Below the pieces are notes generated by a model. That model was not told the DNA's origin, did not search any database, and saw only the letters and a list, made by a program, of their open reading frames with translations. Shown in pieces: positions 54,847 to 63,674 of a DNA stretch of 64,000 nucleotides (position 1 is its first letter; each line of letters opens with the position of its first letter). Made by a program: the position numbers and the translations under genes. Where the stretch lies: assembly GCA_003212055.1 (NCBI GenBank), contig QCQW01000002.1, forward strand, positions 2,698 through 66,697. Reading direction: 5' to 3'. This DNA comes from Prochlorococcus sp. AG-459-A02. GTDB lineage: Bacteria; Cyanobacteriota; Cyanobacteriia; PCC-6307; Cyanobiaceae.

Positions 54847-55938
54847 ATTTTTTTAAATAAATTAAAAATTAAAAATTTTCGGAATCATAAAAGTTTTGAA
54901 ATTGATTTAAAAGAGCAAAGAGCAATTGTTCTTGGCTGTAATGGTATTGGCAAATCAAATTTACTTGAATCGGTTGAATTTTTAAGTCAATTAAAATCTA
55001 ATAGAGCATTGAGCGATAAAGATTTAATAGAAAATGGTAGTGATATGGCTGTTGTTATAGGACAGATAAATTTCAAAGACGATTTAAAGTTAAATTTATT
55101 CCGAAAAGGCCCCAAAAGAATTTACGTCAATGAATCAATCTTAAAAAAACAGAGTGAAATAAAGAATTATATTCGGAGTGTATGTTTCTGTTCTAATGAT
55201 ATAGATATTGTTAGAAGTGAACCAAGTTATCGAAGAGCATGGATTGATAAAGTCGTATCTCAGCTTGAACCAGTATATTTTGACCTGATAAGTAGATTTA
55301 ACAGGCTTTTAAAGCAAAGAAGTCATTTTTGGCGTTCGGAAAGTTTCTTAAAAACCCAATCCTCAGATATTGTTGAAAGTTATGATATTCAAATGTCAAT
55401 AATAAGTACAAGAATTTTTAGGCGTAGAAGAAGGGCTTTATTAAAAATAAAACCATATGTTGAATATTGGCATAATCATTTAAGTAAATCTAAAGAGCAA
55501 ATAGATATAAATTATCTTTCGGGTATACAAAATATAAGTCCAGAAGAAGAAGAAGAAGAAGTTATTAGTAAAAAAATAGCAGAACAACTCTTAAATCAGC
55601 GTTCAATAGAAGCATTGACTGGTAAATGTAATTTTGGCCCTCATCGTGATGATGTTGAGTTTCTAATCAATAATGTTTCAGTTAGAAAGTATGGTTCATC
55701 AGGACAGCAAAGGACTTTTATCTTGGCTTTAAAGATGGCTGAACTAGATTTATTAACAAAAACATTAAATGTACCCCCAATACTTATATTAGATGATGTC
55801 TTGGCGGAATTAGATTTAACTAGGCAAAATTTGTTATTAAATTCTGTTGGCAAAGATAGTCAATGTTTGATAAGTGCGACACATTTGGATAAATTTAATC
55901 AGTCTTTTTTAGGCTCGTCACAAATGATTCACTTATAA
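54847..55938 (+). CDS. recF: DNA replication/repair protein RecF; frame extends upstream of the ORF-track start, start codon uncertain
   Basis: Upstream in-frame IFLNKLKIKNFRNH and Walker A GCNGIGKSNLLE; GPHRDD, GSSGQQR, LDDVLAELD. Confidence 0.92.
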   Translation: MFLNKLKIKNFRNHKSFEIDLKEQRAIVLGCNGIGKSNLLESVEFLSQLKSNRALSDKDLIENGSDMAVVIGQINFKDDLKLNLFRKGPKRIYVNESILKKQSEIKNYIRSVCFCSNDIDIVRSEPSYRRAWIDKVVSQLEPVYFDLISRFNRLLKQRSHFWRSESFLKTQSSDIVESYDIQMSIISTRIFRRRRRALLKIKPYVEYWHNHLSKSKEQIDINYLSGIQNISPEEEEEEVISKKIAEQLLNQRSIEALTGKCNFGPHRDDVEFLINNVSVRKYGSSGQQRTFILALKMAELDLLTKTLNVPPILILDDVLAELDLTRQNLLLNSVGKDSQCLISATHLDKFNQSFLGSSQMIHL

Positions 55939-55989
55939 TTTTAAATAGGCATGATTTTAGCTAATCTTGAATTTATATAAATTTCTTAA

Positions 55990-56424
55990 ATGGAAATCTA
56001 CAAAAAAAGCCAAATTTTAAGTTCGTTTAGTGATGAGCAAAAATTAAGTCATCAAAGTAAACACCTTTTGTTGGAACTTTATAGATGCAATTGCGAAAAA
56101 TTAAATGATGAATCCTTTTTGCGCTGCATTTTAAACAGAGCTGCTAAATTAGCAAATGCAACAGTTTTGAATTTGATAAGTAATAAATTTGAGCCTCAGG
56201 GGGTCACGGCAATTGCATTACTGGCAGAATCTCATATTTCAATACATACTTGGCCTGAATCTAATTATTCTGCAGTCGATATTTTTACATGTGGTAAAAA
56301 TATGATACCTGAACTGGCTAGTCAATTTTTAATTGAATCTTTGATGGCTAAAGAGCATTCTTTGCGTGTAATTGAGCGAAATCCACCTTCAACAGTAACT
56401 AAACAGATTAGAACGGCTGTTTAA
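55990..56424 (+). CDS. speD: S-adenosylmethionine decarboxylase proenzyme
   Basis: FEPQGVT, LAESHISIHTWPE self-cleavage site, DIFTCG. Confidence 0.9.
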   Translation: MEIYKKSQILSSFSDEQKLSHQSKHLLLELYRCNCEKLNDESFLRCILNRAAKLANATVLNLISNKFEPQGVTAIALLAESHISIHTWPESNYSAVDIFTCGKNMIPELASQFLIESLMAKEHSLRVIERNPPSTVTKQIRTAV

Positions 56425-56439
56425 ATACAATGTTGAATA

Positions 56440-57264
56440 TTACCTATTTAATTTTCCGCTTATTAGTCCTTCAAGATCTAAGCTTGTGCAATTAAATCCT
56501 AAATTAGAAAAATATTGAACCAACTCATTAAAATTATATTTATTAAAAAAATGCTTTAATTCATCTTTTGGAATTTCTATTCTTGCAGTTGAGCCTTGGC
56601 ATCGAACTCTAACCTCCGATAAGCCACCTTCTTTAAGGTATTCTTCTGCTTTTTCAACCATTTTTAGCCTTTCACTACTTATTTCATGGCCATAAGGAAA
56701 TCTTGATGATAAGCAAGGTTGAGCAGGCTTATCCCACCAAGGAAAACCTAATGCTCTTGATATGTCCCTAATGTCTTGTTTTGAAAATTTACATTTTGCA
56801 AGGGGAGAAATAACTCCTGCCTGTTTTGAGGCTTGTATACCTGGTCTGTAATCTTTAAGATCATCGAGATTAACTCCATCTAGAACAATCTTGTAATTAA
56901 GTTTTTTAGAGAGGTAGGTTGTATGTTTGTGGAGCTCTTTTTTGCATGCAAAGCATCTATCCTTAGGATTTTTACTGTAACTCGATTGGTCTAATTCTGA
57001 TGTTTTAATTTCTAAATGCTTTACTCCAATCCATTTTGCTTGACTTCTTGCTTCTTCTCGAAGAGTATTGGCTAATGCAGGAGAAATGCCAGTTATTGCA
57101 ATTGCTTTGCTACCTAATTGCTCGAATGCTAATGCTGCTACTAATGTACTATCAACTCCTCCGGAATAAGCAATACAAACACTTTCAAGATTCTTAATGT
57201 ATTTTCTTATTGTATAAAGCTTTTCACTTTGTTCATCAGAGAGAATTTCTAGTTGATTGAACAT
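56440..57264 (-). CDS. larE: LarE-family PP-loop sulfur transferase (start at ATG 57264)
   Basis: AYSGGVDS, RCFACK, DYRPG, KPAQPCLSSRFPYG, SGKLNR. Confidence 0.9.
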   Translation of the reverse strand: MFNQLEILSDEQSEKLYTIRKYIKNLESVCIAYSGGVDSTLVAALAFEQLGSKAIAITGISPALANTLREEARSQAKWIGVKHLEIKTSELDQSSYSKNPKDRCFACKKELHKHTTYLSKKLNYKIVLDGVNLDDLKDYRPGIQASKQAGVISPLAKCKFSKQDIRDISRALGFPWWDKPAQPCLSSRFPYGHEISSERLKMVEKAEEYLKEGGLSEVRVRCQGSTARIEIPKDELKHFFNKYNFNELVQYFSNLGFNCTSLDLEGLISGKLNR

Positions 57265-57372
57265 GTTAATTACTTTAAAATTCAAATTACATATAAATAG
57301 GTTGAATTTATTATTAAATCTTTAATAATATCCTTATTTATATATTAGATTAAATCCAACAATTTTGTTCAA

Positions 57373-58533
57373 TTGGCTAATACAACTAGAAATAGAGGAA
57401 TTGGAATTGTCACTGCCAGTGACAGTCAAGAGAGATCAAAAGGTCAATTACATATTTATGATGGAGAAGGTAAGGGAAAAAGTCAGGCTGCTTTGGGAGT
57501 AGTTCTCAGGACAATAGGATTAGGAATATGCGAAAAAAGACAGTCAAGAGTCCTACTTCTAAGATTTTTAAAAGGTCCTGAGAGGCCATATGACGAGGAT
57601 GCAGCTATAGAGGCTTTGCAAAGAGGCTTCCCACATTTAATTGACCATGTTAGGACAGGAAGATCTGAATTTTTTACTGCTGACCAAGTGACAAAGTTTG
57701 ATGTTGGTGAGGCTGAGAGAGGTTGGAATATTGCTAAAGGAGCAATTGCTAGTTCTCTTTATTCTGTAGTTGTACTAGATGAGTTGAACCCAGTTCTTGA
57801 TTTAGGAATGCTTGATATCAAGGAAGTAGTTGACTCTCTTCAAAATCGTCCAGATGGATTAGAAATAATTATTACCGGAAGGGCAGCCCCGTCCTCTTTG
57901 GTAAGAATATCTGAACTCCATTCAGAAATGAGACCACGTTTGACAGGAGATTTATCAATACCAACCAGACAAAGTAGTTCTAGTGGTGGAATTGAGATTT
58001 ATACAGGTGAAGGAAAGGGTAAATCTACAAGTGCACTTGGTAAGGCTCTTCAAGCTATCGGTAAAGGAATATCTCAAGATAAAAGTCATAGAGTTTTAAT
58101 ATTACAGTGGTTAAAAGGTGGAAATGGTTATACCGAAGATGCTGCCATAGAAGCTTTAAGAGAGAGTTACCCACACTTAGTAGATCATTTGCGTTCAGGC
58201 AGAGATGCCATCGTGTGGAGAGGTCAGCAACAACCAATTGATTATGTTGAGGCTGAAAGAGCATGGGAAATTGCTAAAGCTGCTATTTTGTCTGGTTTGT
58301 ATAAAACAATAATTTTAGATGAATTGAATCCAACTGTTGATTTAGAGCTGCTACCTGTGGAATCAATACATCAAACGCTCTTAAAAAAACCAGCAGATAC
58401 AGAAGTTGTCATTACTGGTAGGTGTAAAAATGAACCTTCATACTTTGAACTTGCTGATGTCTACTCTGAAATGGTTTGTCATAAGCATTATGCAAATGTT
58501 GGAGTTGATTTGAAAAGAGGTGTAGATTACTAA
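57373..58533 (+). CDS. cobO: Cob(I)yrinic acid a,c-diamide adenosyltransferase, tandem-duplicated domain
   Basis: Two repeats: IYDGEGKGKSQAALG...LDELN...ITGR and IYTGEGKGKSTSALG...LDELN...ITGR. Confidence 0.9.
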   Translation: MANTTRNRGIGIVTASDSQERSKGQLHIYDGEGKGKSQAALGVVLRTIGLGICEKRQSRVLLLRFLKGPERPYDEDAAIEALQRGFPHLIDHVRTGRSEFFTADQVTKFDVGEAERGWNIAKGAIASSLYSVVVLDELNPVLDLGMLDIKEVVDSLQNRPDGLEIIITGRAAPSSLVRISELHSEMRPRLTGDLSIPTRQSSSSGGIEIYTGEGKGKSTSALGKALQAIGKGISQDKSHRVLILQWLKGGNGYTEDAAIEALRESYPHLVDHLRSGRDAIVWRGQQQPIDYVEAERAWEIAKAAILSGLYKTIILDELNPTVDLELLPVESIHQTLLKKPADTEVVITGRCKNEPSYFELADVYSEMVCHKHYANVGVDLKRGVDY

Positions 58534-59693
58534 ATATTCTTAAAATTATTAATTGAAAAATATTTTTTTAACTTTTCAATGCCACCTTCAATAGATCTTG
58601 ACTTAATTTCGAATTGAGACAAGATTCTTGAAGCTTCTTCAGAACGTTTACCCGATTTACATATAGTAAAAACCTCTTTACTTAAACTTTCTTTTTGAAT
58701 AAATATTAAGTCAGATTCTTGGTTCAAATGCCCTAAGGGTATTGATATAGATCCTTCTATTGCAGAAGTGGAAAATTCTTCATTTTCTCTAACATCAATT
58801 AAAAGAATTTTGTTGGGTTTTGCTTTGTATAAACTATTAAAGTCATTAGCATTAATAGTATTGATTTCATTAGTTTTCTCACAATATTCATTGCTATTAT
58901 AAAAGGCCTTAAACTGAGATAGATTTTTTATTCGTTTATTTATTTGATCACTTGTTAGATGAAATTTTTTCATATTCATATTCAATAGATCAAAAATTAA
59001 AATCTTACCATCTAAAATTTCACCTTTTTTCAAAATGATTTTGATAATTTCATTAACCTGAAGAATTCCTATTAAACCTGTTGAAACTCCTACAACCCCG
59101 TATTCTGCACAACTAGGGGCAGCATTTTTTGAAGGTGATTCTGGAAGTAAGTCTCTTAAATTAGGACTATTTTTATATAAATTGAAAACACTTACTTGGC
59201 CTTCAAAACCTTGAACACTTCCAAAGACTAGTGGTTTATTTAATATCAGGCATGAATCATTTATTAAATATCTTGTTCCAAAGTTATCCGAGCAATCGCA
59301 AATAACATCAAACTCCTTTATTATTTTGAGGGCATTTTTAGGATTAATTCTCTCTGAAAAGGTTAATATTTCACAATTAGGATTGAATTTTTTAATTCTT
59401 TCCCTGGCAGAATCAATTTTAGGTTTTCCAATAGTATTTGTTTCATGAATTATCTGTCTCTGGAGATTAGACTTTTCAACTTGATCGTTATCAACTATTC
59501 CAATTCTCCCAATTCCTGTTGCGGCTAGATAAAGCAAAACAGAAGACCCAAGTCCACCTGCTCCAATACATAACACTGAGCTGTTTTTAAGATTTAGTTG
59601 ACCCTCATAACCTATCTCTGTGAGGGTTAAATGTTTTTGATATCTTTCTTCTTCATCAGAGTTTAAGAAATTAAATTTGATATCTTTGGACAT
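58530..59693 (-). CDS. moeB: MoeB/ThiF/MoeZ-family adenylyltransferase with C-terminal rhodanese
   Basis: GAGGLG, SNLQRQ, DNFGTRY, PSCAEYGV, IDVRE, CKSGKRS. Confidence 0.88.
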   Translation of the reverse strand: MSKDIKFNFLNSDEEERYQKHLTLTEIGYEGQLNLKNSSVLCIGAGGLGSSVLLYLAATGIGRIGIVDNDQVEKSNLQRQIIHETNTIGKPKIDSARERIKKFNPNCEILTFSERINPKNALKIIKEFDVICDCSDNFGTRYLINDSCLILNKPLVFGSVQGFEGQVSVFNLYKNSPNLRDLLPESPSKNAAPSCAEYGVVGVSTGLIGILQVNEIIKIILKKGEILDGKILIFDLLNMNMKKFHLTSDQINKRIKNLSQFKAFYNSNEYCEKTNEINTINANDFNSLYKAKPNKILLIDVRENEEFSTSAIEGSISIPLGHLNQESDLIFIQKESLSKEVFTICKSGKRSEEASRILSQFEIKSRSIEGGIEKLKKYFSINNFKNI

Positions 59694-59987
59694 ATAGATA
59701 CTTTAATTTTTGCGAGCTAAACTATGAAAACATAATAATTAAAATAAAAATTTTAGCCTTTTAAATTTCTCTTATTACTTTGATTTATTAATGTTTTTGT
59801 TAGAACTAGACGATAATGTGAAGTTTTTATAAATAAATTTGAAGTGTAAATATCTTCAGAAACTATATATACCAACGCCTCTAAAAAAATACAAAATGTT
59901 TCGGTTCGGAATTTTGCACAACAAAAAGGTAGTCAACAGACGTTTTTTCCGATACTGTCTGGTTCATATATTAAGTTTACTGAATTC

Positions 59988-60353
59988 ATGAGTGATAACA
60001 CTCCAGAGTCAAATCAAGACTCCGGCTCCGATACAAGCTCAGAAACCAAAAGCTTTTCAGAGAAGTACTCTGATGTCATGGGAAAAGTCAACGAAACCCT
60101 TGGTAATGTTGATTGGACTCAAATGGGTAAGTATGGCAAGGCGGCAGGCATAATTGCTGTTGTCGTAATAGCTCAGATAATAATTAAAGTTGTCATTGAC
60201 ACGATAAACTTTTTCCCAATTCTCCCTGGTTTACTAGAATTACTAGGAGTAATTGTTGTCGGTCAATGGAGCTGGCAAAATCTTCGTACAAGTGAAAATC
60301 GTGAAGCTGTTCTAGATAAGGTGCAAAATCTTAAAAAGACATATTTAGGTTAG
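59988..60353 (+). CDS. CAAD-domain thylakoid protein (CurT/CURT1-like)
   Basis: Acidic N-terminus, two TMs, INFFPILPGLLELLG, RTSENR. Confidence 0.85.
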   Translation: MSDNTPESNQDSGSDTSSETKSFSEKYSDVMGKVNETLGNVDWTQMGKYGKAAGIIAVVVIAQIIIKVVIDTINFFPILPGLLELLGVIVVGQWSWQNLRTSENREAVLDKVQNLKKTYLG

Positions 60354-60360
60354 TTTAAGA

Positions 60361-61239
60361 TTACATATTAAGTATTGCTTTTACGTAATCTTTAACTTGT
60401 CTTAAATAAGATCCTTCAAACATATTGGCGTGATTCAATATGTGATAAAAATTATAAATAATAATTCTTTTTTCAAATCCGTTTTTCATAGGAATAATTT
60501 TATGATATTCTTCATAAAATTCTTTTCTAAAACCTCCAAATAGCTTTGCCATAGCTATATCTACTTCACTATCTGCCCACCAAGATGCTGGGTCGTAAAT
60601 AACTCCCTTTCCACTTTTGTCCATTCCTGCATTTCCTGACCACAAATCACCATGAACTAAAGCATTTACTGGTTTATGATTCAGCAATTCTGATTGAATT
60701 TTTTCTTTGACTTTATTTATAATTTCTTCATCTAAAATCGTCGATTTTAGGATTAATAATTGAGGTATTATTCTTAAATTTAAAAAACAATCTGTCCAAT
60801 TATTCTCCCAGCCTTTCTTCTGATTTGTTGTTCCGATGAAACCTTCAATTGGAAACCCAAACATTTTGGGATTTGATTCAGCTGATTTTAAGTGCATTTC
60901 ACCTAAACCTTTTCCAAGCTTTTTTTGGTCAAAGTTATGCATATCTATCCATTCAATTAGAAGAATCTCTATATTTTTTATATTTTTATATGCAATTACT
61001 TCAGGAATAAGTAAGTTTTCTTGATTAATGTACTTTCTCAAATTTTGAAGACAATATTTTTCAAATTCAAGAAATTTTTTGTTTCTAATGTTTTTTTTAA
61101 GGAATAACTTTTTGTTTGAGAATTCTATTTGCCAGGCACTATGAATATCACCACCTTGCACTTGTTGAATACTTTTTGGATAGGTTTCACCTAATTCATC
61201 ACAAATTTCGTTAACTTCAAGGGGTGATAATTTTTGCAT
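60361..61239 (-). CDS. Fructosamine kinase family protein
   Basis: GGDIH, LVHGDLWSGN, YDPA, EVDIAM..LFGGF, LNHAN. Confidence 0.92.
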   Translation of the reverse strand: MQKLSPLEVNEICDELGETYPKSIQQVQGGDIHSAWQIEFSNKKLFLKKNIRNKKFLEFEKYCLQNLRKYINQENLLIPEVIAYKNIKNIEILLIEWIDMHNFDQKKLGKGLGEMHLKSAESNPKMFGFPIEGFIGTTNQKKGWENNWTDCFLNLRIIPQLLILKSTILDEEIINKVKEKIQSELLNHKPVNALVHGDLWSGNAGMDKSGKGVIYDPASWWADSEVDIAMAKLFGGFRKEFYEEYHKIIPMKNGFEKRIIIYNFYHILNHANMFEGSYLRQVKDYVKAILNM

Positions 61240-61245
61240 TTTTAA

Positions 61246-62751
61246 ATGAGAAAGTCCGAAGTTGTTGTTGTTGGCGCAGGTATAGCAGGACTAACTTCTG
61301 CTGCGATTTTATCAAAACAAGGTTTATCAGTGAACTTAATCGAATCTCATACTCAATCAGGAGGATGTGCTGGTACTTTTAAAAGAAAGAATTATATTTT
61401 TGATGTTGGTGCAACTCAGGTTGCTGGTTTAGAAAAAGATGGAATACATTCTAGAATTTTTAATTTTTTAGATATTCCATCTCCTGAAGCAACAATTTTA
61501 GACCCTGCTTGCATTGTTAACTTAAATGATGGTGGTCTGCCCATACCTATTTGGTATGAAAAAAGTAAATGGATTGCTGAACAAGAAATACAGTTTCCTG
61601 GGAGTAGTAGATTTTGGAAACTTTGTACCCTCATTCATCAAAGTAATTGGATATTCGCTAACAATAATCCTGTATTACCAATAAGTAATTTTTGGGATTT
61701 TTCTCAACTTCTTAAGGCACTAGTACCTTCAAATCTCGTCACAGGTATCTTAGTTAAATCTACTGTTTTTGATTTATTGCGGATATGTGGATTATCCAAG
61801 AATGAGCGCTTGATAAAATTCTTAAATCTTCAACTAAAACTTTATTCTCAAGAGGACGTTCATAATACAGCCGCATTATATGGATCTACTGTCCTTCAGA
61901 TGTGTCAAGAGCCGCATGGTCTTTGGCATCTTAAAAAATCTATGCAGTCTTTAAGTGAATCATTAGAAAGTTCATTGATTAAAACTGGAGCTAATTTAAT
62001 TTTTGGACAAGAAGTTAATTCTATAAATTTTGATGACGTAAATATGTGTTGGAAGGTAACTGCTAATTCGAAAAAAAAATCTTTTATTTACCAAGCAAAA
62101 GATTTGATTTATACCGCGCCTCCACAATCTTTGCACAAGCATTTGAAAGATCCTTTAAAAAGAAAAAAAAATTATCAAAATCGACTCAATAATTTGCCTG
62201 AACCAAGTGGAGCTGTAGTGTTTTATTCAGCATTAAAAAAAGAACATATTAAAACAACTTCCTCCAATCATTATCAATTTGTTTCTAAAGAATTTACTTC
62301 GTTATTTGTATCAATTAGTGATGATGGTGATGGAAGAGCACCTAAAGGTGAGGTTACTTTAATAGCAAGTATTTTTACCAAGACTAAAGATTGGTTTGAT
62401 CTAGATAAACAAAATTACTTAAATAAGAAAAAAGATTTCATGAAAAAATTATCGATTGAATTGGAAAGTCAATTTGATATTGATCCTGAAAATTGGCTAC
62501 ATAGAGAATTGGCGACGCCATTAGGTTTTGAAAAATGGACAAATAGACCTAATGGAATAGTAGGCGGGCTTGGTCAAAATCCAGATATTTTTGGTTTATT
62601 TGGATTATCAAGTAGGACTCCTTTTGAAGGTTTATGGCTATGTGGAGATTCGATTTATCCTGGAGAGGGTACTGCGGGTGTTAGTCAGTCTGCATTAATG
62701 GTTTCAAGGCAAATTTTAGCTTCCAAAGGTTTAGAAAATTTTAGTTTATAA
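61246..62751 (+). CDS. crtD: CrtD-like FAD-dependent carotenoid C-3',4' desaturase family protein
   Basis: GAGIAGL, GGCAGTF, FDVGATQVAG, LCGDSIYPGEGTAGVS. Confidence 0.8.
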   Translation: MRKSEVVVVGAGIAGLTSAAILSKQGLSVNLIESHTQSGGCAGTFKRKNYIFDVGATQVAGLEKDGIHSRIFNFLDIPSPEATILDPACIVNLNDGGLPIPIWYEKSKWIAEQEIQFPGSSRFWKLCTLIHQSNWIFANNNPVLPISNFWDFSQLLKALVPSNLVTGILVKSTVFDLLRICGLSKNERLIKFLNLQLKLYSQEDVHNTAALYGSTVLQMCQEPHGLWHLKKSMQSLSESLESSLIKTGANLIFGQEVNSINFDDVNMCWKVTANSKKKSFIYQAKDLIYTAPPQSLHKHLKDPLKRKKNYQNRLNNLPEPSGAVVFYSALKKEHIKTTSSNHYQFVSKEFTSLFVSISDDGDGRAPKGEVTLIASIFTKTKDWFDLDKQNYLNKKKDFMKKLSIELESQFDIDPENWLHRELATPLGFEKWTNRPNGIVGGLGQNPDIFGLFGLSSRTPFEGLWLCGDSIYPGEGTAGVSQSALMVSRQILASKGLENFSL

Positions 62752-63580
62752 AATTTTTTCTGATTTCTTTTGCTTCAGCAAGTTTGTTAGAAAGTAACTC
62801 CCAATTTTTTTCTTTAATAAGAGATTCAAGTGTATTTAGCTTATTTTTAAAAATATTAATGGCATTTAAAACATTAATCTGATTATTTATAGCTAAATCT
62901 AAGCCTAGTTGTTCATTGCTGCTGCCCACTCTCGAAGTGTCAGCAAATCCTGAAGAAGCTAATTTTTGTGTGAGATCTAATAAGGATTGATTATTTTTTG
63001 TATGAGCAGTTTCAATGAGGGCAGAAGCTAAAAATATAGGCAAATGAGAAATTAGAGATACTGCTTCATCATGCTCTTTTGGCGAAGCTTGGCAAATTTC
63101 ACAATCCATTGACTTGATTAGCTCTGAGATAGTTTTGACTGCATTAAAGTCACTATTTTGTGTAGGGGTAATAATCCATTTTGCATTTTTAAAAAGACCT
63201 TCAAAACCTGAATCAACTCCTTTTTTTTCTGTTCCTGCCATTGGATGTGATCCAATAAATAGAGGATGTAAATTTTCCCATTTATTTACAATTGGTTCTT
63301 TAACAGAGCCTACATCAGTAACTATTGTTTCTTTAGGTATTGAGGATACTAATTCTTTAGATGGACTGATCAAATCATTAATAGGCAATGCCAAAATTAT
63401 GAGCTCACATTTTTTTAATAGGCTCAGATTACAGCTAACAAAATTTGCAAGCTTTTTTTCCTTAGCTTTTTTTTTATTAAATTCATTATTGGCTATTCCA
63501 TAAATTGTGTGGTTTAAACTTTGAAGTTTTAATCCTAAAGAACCGCCAATTAAACCTAATCCTACTATTCCAATTTTCAT
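62741..63580 (-). CDS. tyrA: Prephenate/arogenate dehydrogenase
   Basis: GLGLIGGS, TDVGSVK, HPMAGTE, HDEAVSLISHLP, FADTSRV. Confidence 0.94.
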   Translation of the reverse strand: MKIGIVGLGLIGGSLGLKLQSLNHTIYGIANNEFNKKKAKEKKLANFVSCNLSLLKKCELIILALPINDLISPSKELVSSIPKETIVTDVGSVKEPIVNKWENLHPLFIGSHPMAGTEKKGVDSGFEGLFKNAKWIITPTQNSDFNAVKTISELIKSMDCEICQASPKEHDEAVSLISHLPIFLASALIETAHTKNNQSLLDLTQKLASSGFADTSRVGSSNEQLGLDLAINNQINVLNAINIFKNKLNTLESLIKEKNWELLSNKLAEAKEIRKNFIN

Positions 63581-63674
63581 AGATTAATTAATTCAAGACT
63601 TTCTTATATTGATACAATTTTTTGTATATTAGTTGCATAAAATTTGTATGTAATTGAAATTAAATTAATTATAA

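Noticed and set aside
58530-58580. Possible 1-nt slip near the moeB C-terminus producing the overlap with the cobO stop
   Set aside because: It would affect only the last few residues and cannot be supported without orthologue alignment.
59694-59987. 294-bp moeB/CAAD spacer as a possible gene remnant or sRNA
   Set aside because: There is no credible ORF or stable hairpin plus U-tract; it is compatible with two divergent promoters.
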